From Bacillales bacterium UBA6356 (GTDB lineage: Bacteria > Bacillota_I > Bacilli_A > RFN20 > CAG-826), in assembly GCA_002440125.1 (NCBI GenBank), contig DJRQ01000065.1, forward strand, positions 1,125-65,124: a stretch of DNA of 64,000 nucleotides. Reading direction: 5' to 3'. Within the stretch, counting starts at the first letter, position 1; each line of letters begins with the position of its first letter. The position numbers and the translations under genes were made by a program. The notes below the pieces were generated by a model. It did not search any database. It saw only the letters and a list, made by a program, of their open reading frames with translations, and was not told where the DNA came from. Positions 56,047-64,000 of the stretch are shown one piece after another.

Positions 56047-56493
56047 TATAGTCTTAAAGAGAAAGGTCTCTCCTACTTCCTTTGCTTCTAAAACAAGATA
56101 AGAACCATAGTTCCCATCCCGTGGAAAGTCCAAAGAACCAGGACAATATATGCCCATTCCTTCGATTTTCGTTTCTCTTCTTTTATGAGTGTGTCCATGG
56201 ACGAAATAAGAAAAGCCTTCACCCTTAAGCGCTCGGTATTCTTCCATCGCCAAAAAAGGTATATGCCTTAAGAAAATCCTTTTTCCGCTTGGCAAAAGGA
56301 GCTTTCGTGATAGCGGATAATGGAAAAGAGAAGAGTCGCAATTGCCCTTGACCGAACAAAAGGGGGCGATTTCATCGGCACTGCATTCCGAATCCCCCAA
56401 ATGGAAAAAAATCGACGCGTCAAATTCTTTTAGGGCCACTTTCCGGAGCAAAGACAGCTCGCCATGGGTGTAGCTTATAAAAACTATTTTCAT
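56044..56493 (-). CDS. YfcE/MJ0936-family metallophosphoesterase
   Basis: 149 aa. Motifs seen: MKIVFISYTHGE, HLGDSE, VHGHTHKRR, PGS. Confidence 0.8.
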   Translation of the reverse strand: MKIVFISYTHGELSLLRKVALKEFDASIFFHLGDSECSADEIAPFCSVKGNCDSSLFHYPLSRKLLLPSGKRIFLRHIPFLAMEEYRALKGEGFSYFVHGHTHKRRETKIEGMGIYCPGSLDFPRDGNYGSYLVLEAKEVGETFLFKTI

Positions 56494-56495
56494 TT

Positions 56496-57476
56496 TTATT
56501 TATCGATCGGGAAGTTGGAAAGCAAAAGGTTGAAAGCGAGTTCCTCCCCCATCTTCCCCTGCATGATGCTTAAGAGAGTTTGGTAGATCATTTCTTGGCA
56601 TTCCTCTATTTTCCGAGTCGAAAGCCTCCGCAAAGAATAGAGACAGGCATTGACTCTGCCTATGGAGGCGAGGAGCTCTCTTGCTATCGTGTAAGTATCC
56701 GCCCCTTCTTTTTGAAGGATGGCCACTTCGTGAAGAAATCGATATTCTTTCGCTAAAAGGTTAAGCAAAGTAACAGCGCTCGTGTTTTTTATTTTGAGAT
56801 CTTTATAAATGCCAATCGCCGCCCCTTTGTCGCCTCTTGATAAAGCCCTCGAAAGCTGGAAAACGTCTTCCTCCAAAGGAGAAACGCAAAGTTTTTCGAC
56901 CATTTCTTTATCGACTTCTTGCCCCAACGCATAGGAGAGGAGCTTATCGCTTTCATTAAGAAAAAGAGAGTAATCCCCTTTGGTCTTGGATAGCAAAAGA
57001 TCCCTTGCCTCAAAAGTGATAGAGCTCCCTCTTTTTTTAAAATAATCGACGCAATAGGTTTTCCACTCCTCTTCGCTAAGAAGGCCGATTTGAGATACTT
57101 TCGCGCCTCCTTTTTGAAGCGCTTTGTAAAAACGGCTTTTTTCATCGATAGAATCGGAATAAACCACCAAAAAAAGATGAATAAAGGGATTTGGAGATTC
57201 GAAATATTCCAAAAGAGGCTCTTCGTCGTCGTTCTTTTGGACTTTCGGCTTCGTTTTGCTTTTTGTGAGATAGAAAAAATTGTCCGCAACAACGACTTTC
57301 TTCTCATACCCCAATGGCAAAGACTCGGCTTCGTTATAAAGGTCGATAAGTTTCGTCTCAATCATATCCAAGGAAACGAAGTTCATATCGTCTTTCTTTT
57401 CCAAGATGCTTGAAACGAGTTTCTTGAGGACCCTTTTAAGCATCCTTCCTTCCGAGCAATAGAGAACTTGAATCAT
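56496..57476 (-). CDS. holA: DNA polymerase III delta subunit
   Basis: 326 aa. The length, the helical clamp-loader-like pattern and the synteny (comEC-holA / rpsT) support the call. Sequence motifs are weak. Confidence 0.75.
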   Translation of the reverse strand: MIQVLYCSEGRMLKRVLKKLVSSILEKKDDMNFVSLDMIETKLIDLYNEAESLPLGYEKKVVVADNFFYLTKSKTKPKVQKNDDEEPLLEYFESPNPFIHLFLVVYSDSIDEKSRFYKALQKGGAKVSQIGLLSEEEWKTYCVDYFKKRGSSITFEARDLLLSKTKGDYSLFLNESDKLLSYALGQEVDKEMVEKLCVSPLEEDVFQLSRALSRGDKGAAIGIYKDLKIKNTSAVTLLNLLAKEYRFLHEVAILQKEGADTYTIARELLASIGRVNACLYSLRRLSTRKIEECQEMIYQTLLSIMQGKMGEELAFNLLLSNFPIDK

Positions 57477-57502
57477 AAATCAATTATACTTCGAAATCCC
57501 TT

Positions 57503-59599
57503 TCAAAAGAACGAAAACCCCTCTTGCAGTATGCCTTTATAGGTTATTGTCCCTTCAAGGTCGGTTCGTCGAATGGAAATCCCCTCTGTTTCAAGCCTTT
57601 TAAGAACCTCTCCGTCAGGATGGCCAAACTTGTTTTTGGTTCCGCAAGAAATGATGGCCTCTTCTGGGGACGCCGCTTTTAAAAAGGACATGGAAGAGGA
57701 GGTCTTTGAGCCATGGTGGCCTACTTTTAAAATATCGCACTTCACATCTTTCTTCTTGATAATTTCTTCTTCGACTTCTTTCGGGGCGTCGCCCATCAAG
57801 AGAAAACGGAGATTCTTAAGCGTAAAATCAAGCACCAAACTACCGATGTTTTTATCCGATGAAGTTCCTTCTCTCTCGTTTAAGTTTTCTAACGTAATCG
57901 GGCCAAAACGGTAAGGAAAATCCTCTTTGTCCTCAAGCAAGGCCAAGACGCGATAGTTGGTCAAGAGGCTTTCTTTGGCCCCATTATGGTCAAAATCGGG
58001 GTGGGTGATGATGAGCGCATCAAGTTTGCGTATATTCTCTTTCCTTAGATATGGGATAAGAACTTCTTTGGCCATATCGAAACGGTTATCACCGCCCGTA
58101 TCGATAAGAATCGCTTTGTCATGGATGCGAATCAATATCGAATCCCCTTGCCCTACATCCAAGAAACTGACCTCATAGGTAAAATAGTTTGTAATCGGCA
58201 AAATCGAAAGAAAATAAGAGAAGAAGGAAAATAAAAGAATCCTTTCTTTGGTGAAATTGAAGCCTTCTTCTTTTAGATAAAGCGACAAGAACAATACGCC
58301 ATAATAAGCGTCAATAAAGAAGGAATCGATTCTGAAAAAGGCGATATGGGGAGATAGGGCCGAAAGAGAAGAAAAGAAGGAAAGCAAAAAGCTCGTGTAG
58401 CGCTCTAAAAAATAAAAGGGCGTTCGGAAGAGGAAAGAAAAATAACCGGAAACGATATAGGGGAGGAGAATGGGTGGGAAAAGAAGAGAAGCGAATGGGG
58501 AAAGGAGGGAAAAAGAACCGCCATTTAAAAATAAAGGGAACAAAAAGAAGAGGGAGCTAAGGAAAGACATCATTTTCCTTGTTCGCTTCTTCTCGAAAGC
58601 GTGGATTTCGACCTTCTTCAGATAGATATAAAACGAAAAGCCAAACGAGATGAGAAAGCCTTGATCCATATAGATAAAGGGATTCAAAAAGAAAAAGAGA
58701 ACGCCGATAATCCCAAGCTTCTTTAAGAAAGTTAGCTTTTCTTTTTTTCTGACGACGCAAAGAACGTCGAGCCCTAAAGAAAGATAAATTCGGTCGATGC
58801 CGATCTTAAAAAAGACGAAGGGAAAGATAAGGCTCAGGACGAGAAACACCAGTATTGTTTGTTTCCTCTCTTCCACAAAATAATTGAAGAAACGATAGAG
58901 GAAACGTTTAAAAAGGCCGAAGTAAATGCCAGAAGACCCTAAAAGAGAGATGATATTGAGATCCTTGGCCAAAGAGACGATGTCGCTTGAGTAATCTCTT
59001 TTCGAAAAGAGCATGGCATCTAAACAAGCGCTCGTCTCTTTGGAAAAGAAAGAAAGGAAGTTTCGTTCCATCGCCCGAAGCCTTATGGGGCGAAGAAAAA
59101 GAGCGTCTACCGATTTCAAAGCGAATTCCTGCTTCACCCCTTTTCCCAACAAATATTCCTTGAAATCGAACCTCCCTTCTTGATGGGAAAAGGAAAGGGT
59201 CTCGAAATGGCCAGAAAGCTCTAAGAGATCCCTTTCTTCGTATAGATTGCTTTGGCAAGAGACGTAAAAACGACGCCCCTTGGCCCAAAAAACGAAATAA
59301 TTGTCCTTCGCTTCGAGAACAACTCCCGTCATTTTCGTTTCTCCATCCAAAAGAGGCAAGAATCGCGAGAGGCTGGAAAAAAGAAGGCCAATCGCGAAGC
59401 CCAAAAGGTAAGAGCGAGCGAGCCTTTTGTCTTTTTTAAGCCATTTAAAATAGACGATGGGAATGAGGAAGAGAAGCAACAAAAAAAGATGGGCTTTTCG
59501 GGTTTGGAGAAGGAAGAAACCTAAAAAAGAGCCTACGAATAACGCGAATATATCGACGGCATGGGCTCTTATTCGACAAGCGTTATAAAATCTTTGCAC
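57503..59599 (-). CDS. comEC: DNA internalization competence protein ComEC/Rec2
   Basis: 698 aa. It is polytopic with a C-terminal metallo-beta-lactamase domain (FLDVGQGDSILI, ITHPDFDHNG, VGHHGS). Confidence 0.88.
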   Translation of the reverse strand: MQRFYNACRIRAHAVDIFALFVGSFLGFFLLQTRKAHLFLLLLFLIPIVYFKWLKKDKRLARSYLLGFAIGLLFSSLSRFLPLLDGETKMTGVVLEAKDNYFVFWAKGRRFYVSCQSNLYEERDLLELSGHFETLSFSHQEGRFDFKEYLLGKGVKQEFALKSVDALFLRPIRLRAMERNFLSFFSKETSACLDAMLFSKRDYSSDIVSLAKDLNIISLLGSSGIYFGLFKRFLYRFFNYFVEERKQTILVFLVLSLIFPFVFFKIGIDRIYLSLGLDVLCVVRKKEKLTFLKKLGIIGVLFFFLNPFIYMDQGFLISFGFSFYIYLKKVEIHAFEKKRTRKMMSFLSSLFFLFPLFLNGGSFSLLSPFASLLFPPILLPYIVSGYFSFLFRTPFYFLERYTSFLLSFFSSLSALSPHIAFFRIDSFFIDAYYGVLFLSLYLKEEGFNFTKERILLFSFFSYFLSILPITNYFTYEVSFLDVGQGDSILIRIHDKAILIDTGGDNRFDMAKEVLIPYLRKENIRKLDALIITHPDFDHNGAKESLLTNYRVLALLEDKEDFPYRFGPITLENLNEREGTSSDKNIGSLVLDFTLKNLRFLLMGDAPKEVEEEIIKKKDVKCDILKVGHHGSKTSSSMSFLKAASPEEAIISCGTKNKFGHPDGEVLKRLETEGISIRRTDLEGTITYKGILQEGFSFF

Positions 59600-60108
59600 T
59601 TTTCGAAAGTGGCTGGTCCTATGCCATTAACGTTTTTGATTTCTTCGATTCTTTCGAATCTTTTGGTCTGTCTATAAGCAACGATACCTTCCGCTTGATT
59701 GGAAGTGAGGACGCTGCCTTCCATGAGTTTTTCTTTGGTATCGCTATTGAGGCACACTTTTTCGATCGGCGAAGTCGCACAGACATTCCCATGGTCGAAA
59801 AGAGGAGCGATGTAAAAATCCATTTTGCTTTCGAGGAGGAAAGAAGTGTCAAAGGCCCTTTCGTCGGCATTCGAAGTCTCTCCGCCTGCCGCATCGATTA
59901 AATCCCCTAACGTCTTCCCTTCCTTTATAAGATATGTCCCTGGTCTTTTTACCTCCCCAGAAATCGTCACTTCGAAGGTTTCTTCCTCCGACTCGAAGGA
60001 ATGGCTCGTTTCCGTTGGATTTACCGAGCCTGAGAAGCGTTCAACCATCGTAAGGGCCAAAAGAACCACCACCGTCACGACAACGACCGCAATAATCGCT
60101 TTAAACAT
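59569..60108 (-). CDS. comEA: Competence DNA receptor ComEA
   Basis: 179 aa with an N-terminal TM anchor, an SLBB-like ISGEVKRPGTYLI..G.TLGDLIDAAGG, and a C-terminal helix-hairpin-helix (EEIKNVNGIGPATFEK). Confidence 0.8.
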   Translation of the reverse strand: MFKAIIAVVVVTVVVLLALTMVERFSGSVNPTETSHSFESEEETFEVTISGEVKRPGTYLIKEGKTLGDLIDAAGGETSNADERAFDTSFLLESKMDFYIAPLFDHGNVCATSPIEKVCLNSDTKEKLMEGSVLTSNQAEGIVAYRQTKRFERIEEIKNVNGIGPATFEKCKDFITLVE

Positions 60109-60156
60109 AAATTACCTCCATATAGAGATAGGGGAAGTTTTCGCTTTTTGTTGCAA

Positions 60157-60181
60157 CAAAAAAGACCCCATGCAGGAGTCT
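60157..60181 (-). terminator. Intrinsic terminator of greA
   Basis: Minus strand: AGACUCC-UGCAU-GGGGUCU followed by UUUUUUG. An 18-nt perfect palindrome (TTTTTGTTGCAACAAAAA) follows immediately. Confidence 0.75.
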
Positions 60182-60204
60182 TGTTGTTTTTCGAAAGAAT
60201 AGCT

Positions 60205-60693
60205 CTATTCGAAATGAGCTTCGTCGATATGGATTTGATAAGGCGTCAGGCTTTCGACCATCACATCATCGCCAGGCGCTTTCCCAATAAGGGCTTTCCC
60301 CAAAGCGCTTTCGTTCGAGATAAGCGGATATGGGAGGGCGGTAGCATTGGCTTCGACGGTGCCAACCAGCTTAACCGTTAGTTTTTCGCCACTTGCGGTT
60401 TCGGTGAAAGTGACGACGTGCCCGAGATTGATTTTTTTGCCCTTCGCTCCTTTGCCGCTATCGACAATACGCGCAATGTCTTTGATATGCTCGATTTCAA
60501 GAATACGCGCCTCGATTTCGGCTTGGCGTCCGCGCGCGGCGTCGTAATCGGCGTTTTCGCTAAGGTCGCCTTGCGAACGGGCGGCTTTCAAAGCCTCGAT
60601 CACTTCCGGGCGATCGACTTCGATTAAGTGACGATACTCTTTCTCGAGTTTCTCCAAACCCTCGCGGGTCATCTGCATCTTTTCTTCTGCCAT
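60205..60693 (-). CDS. greA: Transcription elongation factor GreA
   Basis: 162 aa. Motifs seen: MTREGLEKLEKEY..L....RPEV.EALK.AR.QGDLSENADYDAA. Confidence 0.93.
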   Translation of the reverse strand: MAEEKMQMTREGLEKLEKEYRHLIEVDRPEVIEALKAARSQGDLSENADYDAARGRQAEIEARILEIEHIKDIARIVDSGKGAKGKKINLGHVVTFTETASGEKLTVKLVGTVEANATALPYPLISNESALGKALIGKAPGDDVMVESLTPYQIHIDEAHFE

Positions 60694-60720
60694 TGTTTTT
60701 TCCTTTTCGTGAACTTCTCA

Positions 60721-60749
60721 ATTATAGGGATGTAATCCCTCACAAGCAA
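60721..60749 (-). promoter_or_regulatory. Candidate sigma-A promoter of greA
   Basis: Minus strand: TTGCTT, a 17-nt spacer, then TATAAT. The spacer contains an AGGGAT-UAC-ATCCCT hairpin. Confidence 0.5.
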
Positions 60750-61016
60750 CTACCGACGCATTTCCTCTATTTTGGGATCGTTTTCGTAGGCTTCTAGAAT
60801 TTCTTGGCTTTCCGAAAGCTCTTCCTCCGTGACATTCTCCAAGGTCTTTCCATCGCTTGTGGCCATCACAATAAGACTATCCGGATCTTCTTCTTTGAAA
60901 AGAAAGTAGTAGGTTTTTCCCCGCTCCTTATTCTCGTAATAGAAGTAGAGCTTCCAAACGTCTTCTTCCCCGTTATCTTTGGTAATAATAACGGTATTGT
61001 CGGTTATTTCGAGCAT
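60750..61016 (-). CDS. DUF1292 / UPF0473 family small acidic protein (YrzB-like)
   Basis: 88 aa with the family pattern ITDNTVIITKDNGEE...YYFLFKEEDPDSLIVM. Synteny: after ruvX. Confidence 0.8.
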   Translation of the reverse strand: MLEITDNTVIITKDNGEEDVWKLYFYYENKERGKTYYFLFKEEDPDSLIVMATSDGKTLENVTEEELSESQEILEAYENDPKIEEMRR

Positions 61017-61444
61017 TCTTCCCTCTCCTTTTGAGACAAATAGCTTTCCAGAATCAAAACGGCGCTTTGCTGATCGATCACCCTTTTTTGCTTTCGGGTG
61101 TTGAAATTGCCTAATCGCATCGCTTTAGAGGCCATCACGGTCGTTAGCCTTTCATCCACCAAAGTCACCACGAGTTCTGGGTTCATTTCCAAAAGCTCCT
61201 CTTTAAAACGTTCGCTTCGATGGGCGCTTTCACCGGCGCTTCCATCCATATTGAGTGGATAGCCTAGGGCGATTTCCTTAATTCCTTCTTTCTTAAGGAG
61301 CTCATCGATGTGGGAGAGCGCTCTCCGATAAGCGCCTTCCGGGAAGAGATAGTTCTCTCTTCCATGCGCAATGCCCAAAACGTCGCTAACGGCGATGCCG
61401 CAGCTAGAAGTTCCTAAATCTAGCCCCATGACTTTCTTTTTCAT
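61004..61444 (-). CDS. ruvX: Holliday-junction-resolvase-like nuclease RuvX/YqgF (pre-16S rRNA processing)
   Basis: 146 aa. Motifs seen: MGLDLGTSSCGIAVSD and VDERLTT. Confidence 0.9.
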   Translation of the reverse strand: MKKKVMGLDLGTSSCGIAVSDVLGIAHGRENYLFPEGAYRRALSHIDELLKKEGIKEIALGYPLNMDGSAGESAHRSERFKEELLEMNPELVVTLVDERLTTVMASKAMRLGNFNTRKQKRVIDQQSAVLILESYLSQKEREECSK

Positions 61445-64000
61445 GAGAGCCTCTCCTTTAAAGAATCGGCAAACGTTTCGAAGCCTTCGGATTTTTTAAG
61501 CATGCCGGAAGCCATTTGAGGTCTTCCTCCACCACCGCCTAGCATCTTTTGGCTCATTTCTTTCATCAAGTCATTCGCTTTGACCTTCTCTAAGGCCTTG
61601 CCATTGACCATGATGATAACCGGTCGCGCGCCATCTTTCCCACCCATCAAGACAAAGCAATAGTCTTTTGCGGTCGATTTAAAGCGATCGGCCAAAGAAA
61701 GAAGGTCTTCGCGGGAAGCGCCTTCTTTTAGAAGGCTCAAAAGGGAGATACCATCGACATCTTTTATGAGATTCCCCATGTTTTTGGCATCCAAAGAAGC
61801 CATCTTTTCCTTTAAAGAGGCAATCTCTTTCTTAAGGCTCTTTTCGTTTTCCAAGAGGGAATTGACTTTCGTAAGGACCTCTTTCCCCTTAGAAGAGAAA
61901 ACATTCTCCAAAGAGGCTAAAATAGCTTCTTTTTCTTTTAAATCCCGAAGAGCGCCGAGGCTCGTTTTTGCCACGATGCGGCGAACGCCACTGCTAATCG
62001 CCTCTTCGGAAATTATCGTGAATAAGCCGATATTAGCGGTATTTTTAACGTGCGTGCCTCCGCAGAATTCCTTGCTATATTCCCCAAAAGCGACAACTCG
62101 AACGGTATCGCCATATTTTTCGCTGAATTCCATTTCAGCGCCGAGCTTAACGGCTTCTTGGAAAGGCAAAACGAGGGTTTCTTCCTTGATGCCTTCCGCA
62201 ATAAGATCGTTGACTCTCTTTTCGATCGCGGCTTTCTCGCTTGCTTTCAACTTCGTGGAAGACTCGTAATCAAAACGAAGGTAGTTTTCATCGACAAAGC
62301 TTCCTTTTTGGTCGACGTGCTTTTTTAACACTTCCATTAAGGCGCTATGAAGTAGATGGGTAGCGCTGTGATTGCGCTCAATGAGATGTCTCCTTTCCCT
62401 ATCGACCGATAAATGAAGCGTATCACCCTCGCGAAGCACCCCTTCCTCGATCGTGACGCGGTGGATATTTTGCTTGTTGGGAGCGATGGAAACGCCGTTG
62501 ACTTTCGCCAAAACGCCCTTCCCAGAAAGAAGGCCCGTATCGCTGACTTGGCCTCCCATCTCGGCGTAAAAAGGCGTTTCTTCGAATATAACATCCCCTT
62601 CTTTGTCGATGCTATTCACGCGTTTTCCATCGACGAACAAACCGATGATTTTGGAATCCATTGACAAAAGGTCATAAGAGAAGACGCTTTTTTCTTTAAA
62701 TTCCAATAAATCCTTCGACTGCTTATGGAAGCTTTCGATTTCGCCTCTCGCGTTTCGCGCCCTTTCGCGTTGCATCTCCATAAGCTTTTGGAAGGTTTCA
62801 ACGTCCACTCCAACGCCTTTTTCGGCGGCGATTTCCTTCGTTAAATCAAGAGGGAACCCAAACGTATCGTAAAGCTTAAAGGCGTCTTCTCCACTTAGGG
62901 TTTTCTTATCCTGAATCATTTCCATAAGGAGAGATTCGCCACTTGAAAGGGTTTTCACGAAGCGTTCTTCTTCGGCTTTAATTAGGGAAATAACCATATC
63001 TTCTTTTTTAGAAAGCTCGGGATAGAAATCGCGATACTTCTTTACGACAGTCGGAACGAGTTTATACATGAAAGGCTCATTTAGGCCAAGTCTTTGGCCA
63101 AACCGCATAGCGCGTCGAACGATTCGGCGAAGAACATACCCGCGCCCTTCATTCGAAAAATAGGCGCCATCGTTTAAAGCGAAGGTCAAACAACGGGCAT
63201 GATCGGCAATAACCCTGAAAGGAAGGAGGTTTTCCCCTTCGTATTTCTTCCTAGACATCCTTTCAACCTCTTCGATAATGGGCTTAAAGAGGTCGGTTTC
63301 GAAATTGGTTTCGGTTCCTTGGAGGATACAAGCGATTCGCTCTAACCCAGCGCCGGTATCGATATTTTTGCTCGGCAATTCCTTATAGTCTTTTCTAGGG
63401 ACGCCATTTTCGGCATTATATTGGGAGAAGACAATGCCCCAAAGTTCGATGAAGCGGTCGTTTTCGATATCGTCTTCAAGCAATTTTTTGCCGAGTTTCT
63501 TAGGGTCGTATTTCTCGCCGCGATCAAAGAAAACTTCCGTGTTCGGCCCGCATGGCCCTTCGCCGATTTGCCAAAAGTTTCCTTCTAAAGGAATAAGATG
63601 GGAGGGGTCGATGCCTTGCTTTTTCCAAAGCTCATAGGTCGCTTTGTCATCGGGATTATAGGTGACGTAGATCTTTTCTTTGGGGAGACCGAAACCCGTT
63701 TTTTCGTCCGTTAAAAGCTCATAAGCCCAGGGGATTACCTCATTTCTGAAATAATCGCCGATAGAGAAGTTCCCAAGCATCTCGAAGAAAGTATGGTGCC
63801 GAGCTGTATGGCCGACGTTTTCGATGTCGTTGGTCCGAATGGACTTTTGCACATTGACGATACGACGGCAAGGTGGGATCTCACTTCCATCGAAATACTT
63901 TTTTAAGCCAGTCACGCCTGCATTGACCCAAAGCAGAGACTTATCGCCTTCTGGGATAAGGCTAACACCAGGGATGTACTTATGTCCTTTCGATTCGAAA
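61441..64000 (-). CDS. alaS: Alanine--tRNA ligase (N-terminus outside window)
   Basis: The frame is open to the window edge. The ORF-track Met at 63915 is internal. Motifs seen: FEMLGNFSIGDYF, the editing-domain HSATHLLHSAL, and a C-terminal DHHA1-like GGGGRPQMA. Confidence 0.95.
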   Translation of the reverse strand, partial: FESKGHKYIPGVSLIPEGDKSLLWVNAGVTGLKKYFDGSEIPPCRRIVNVQKSIRTNDIENVGHTARHHTFFEMLGNFSIGDYFRNEVIPWAYELLTDEKTGFGLPKEKIYVTYNPDDKATYELWKKQGIDPSHLIPLEGNFWQIGEGPCGPNTEVFFDRGEKYDPKKLGKKLLEDDIENDRFIELWGIVFSQYNAENGVPRKDYKELPSKNIDTGAGLERIACILQGTETNFETDLFKPIIEEVERMSRKKYEGENLLPFRVIADHARCLTFALNDGAYFSNEGRGYVLRRIVRRAMRFGQRLGLNEPFMYKLVPTVVKKYRDFYPELSKKEDMVISLIKAEEERFVKTLSSGESLLMEMIQDKKTLSGEDAFKLYDTFGFPLDLTKEIAAEKGVGVDVETFQKLMEMQRERARNARGEIESFHKQSKDLLEFKEKSVFSYDLLSMDSKIIGLFVDGKRVNSIDKEGDVIFEETPFYAEMGGQVSDTGLLSGKGVLAKVNGVSIAPNKQNIHRVTIEEGVLREGDTLHLSVDRERRHLIERNHSATHLLHSALMEVLKKHVDQKGSFVDENYLRFDYESSTKLKASEKAAIEKRVNDLIAEGIKEETLVLPFQEAVKLGAEMEFSEKYGDTVRVVAFGEYSKEFCGGTHVKNTANIGLFTIISEEAISSGVRRIVAKTSLGALRDLKEKEAILASLENVFSSKGKEVLTKVNSLLENEKSLKKEIASLKEKMASLDAKNMGNLIKDVDGISLLSLLKEGASREDLLSLADRFKSTAKDYCFVLMGGKDGARPVIIMVNGKALEKVKANDLMKEMSQKMLGGGGGRPQMASGMLKKSEGFETFADSLKERLS

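Noticed and set aside
56789-57361. 190-aa ORF on the same strand as holA but in another frame
   Set aside because: The product is very basic, low-complexity and hydrophobic-patchy with no RBS. The region is fully explained by the holA frame, which has the expected length and synteny.
1-64000. Search for CRISPR arrays, tRNA/rRNA genes, IS elements, integrases other than xerD, and phage or toxin-antitoxin modules
   Set aside because: I saw no regularly spaced direct repeats, no tRNA-like T-arm/acceptor pattern in any intergenic gap, and no transposase or phage-like ORFs. The only recombinase has XerD features and conserved synteny.

Overview
This 64-kb chromosomal window comes from a streamlined, moderately low-GC Firmicutes/Bacilli-type genome, possibly a Mollicutes-like or Erysipelotrichia-like reduced lineage. 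It uses the standard code: TGA acts as a stop at dxs, ispH, rsmE and hemW. All calls rest on reading the supplied translations for diagnostic motifs and on gene order; no database search was possible. The window is almost entirely housekeeping genes. Their order follows conserved Bacillus blocks: nusB-xseAB-dxs, xerD-deoB, yqeG-yqeH-yhbY-nadD-yqeK-rsfS, plsY/parE-parC, yneF, efp, rpmG, ispG/DEAD-box helicase/ispH, nif3-trmK-sigA-dnaG, glyS-recO-era-cdd-ybeY...rpsU, mtaB-rsmE-dnaJ-dnaK-grpE-hrcA-hemW-lepA, rpsT/holA-comEC-comEA, greA, and ruvX-alaS. Many genes expected from that order are missing: folD, ispA, aroD, prmA, comEB, dgkA, phoH, and the sporulation genes. I saw no rRNA, tRNA, CRISPR array, transposase or prophage gene. 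The points most worth a second look are these. (1) A 0.6-kb AT-rich gap (8657-9259) sits between convergent operons where gene polarity flips from all-plus to 48 of 54 minus. It contains a 28-bp sequence closely matching XerCD dif sites, so it is a probable replication terminus. (2) Several poorly characterised genes are wedged into otherwise conserved operons. They are a C39 peptidase plus 6-TM exporter domain with no ATPase domain, a full-length second sigma-70 directly after rpoD, a Fic-fold protein with a degenerate active site coupled to an acidic membrane-anchored protein, a PD-(D/E)xK nuclease fused to an Fe-S XPD/DinG helicase, a stand-alone adenylation-carrier didomain, and an unrecognisable 249-aa protein between rsmE and mtaB. 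(3) Regulatory features include two CIRCE operators bracketing a consensus promoter at hrcA, and at least two promoters that abut ATG codons (leaderless type). I cannot point to one clear multi-gene novel system. The candidates are listed individually with tests.
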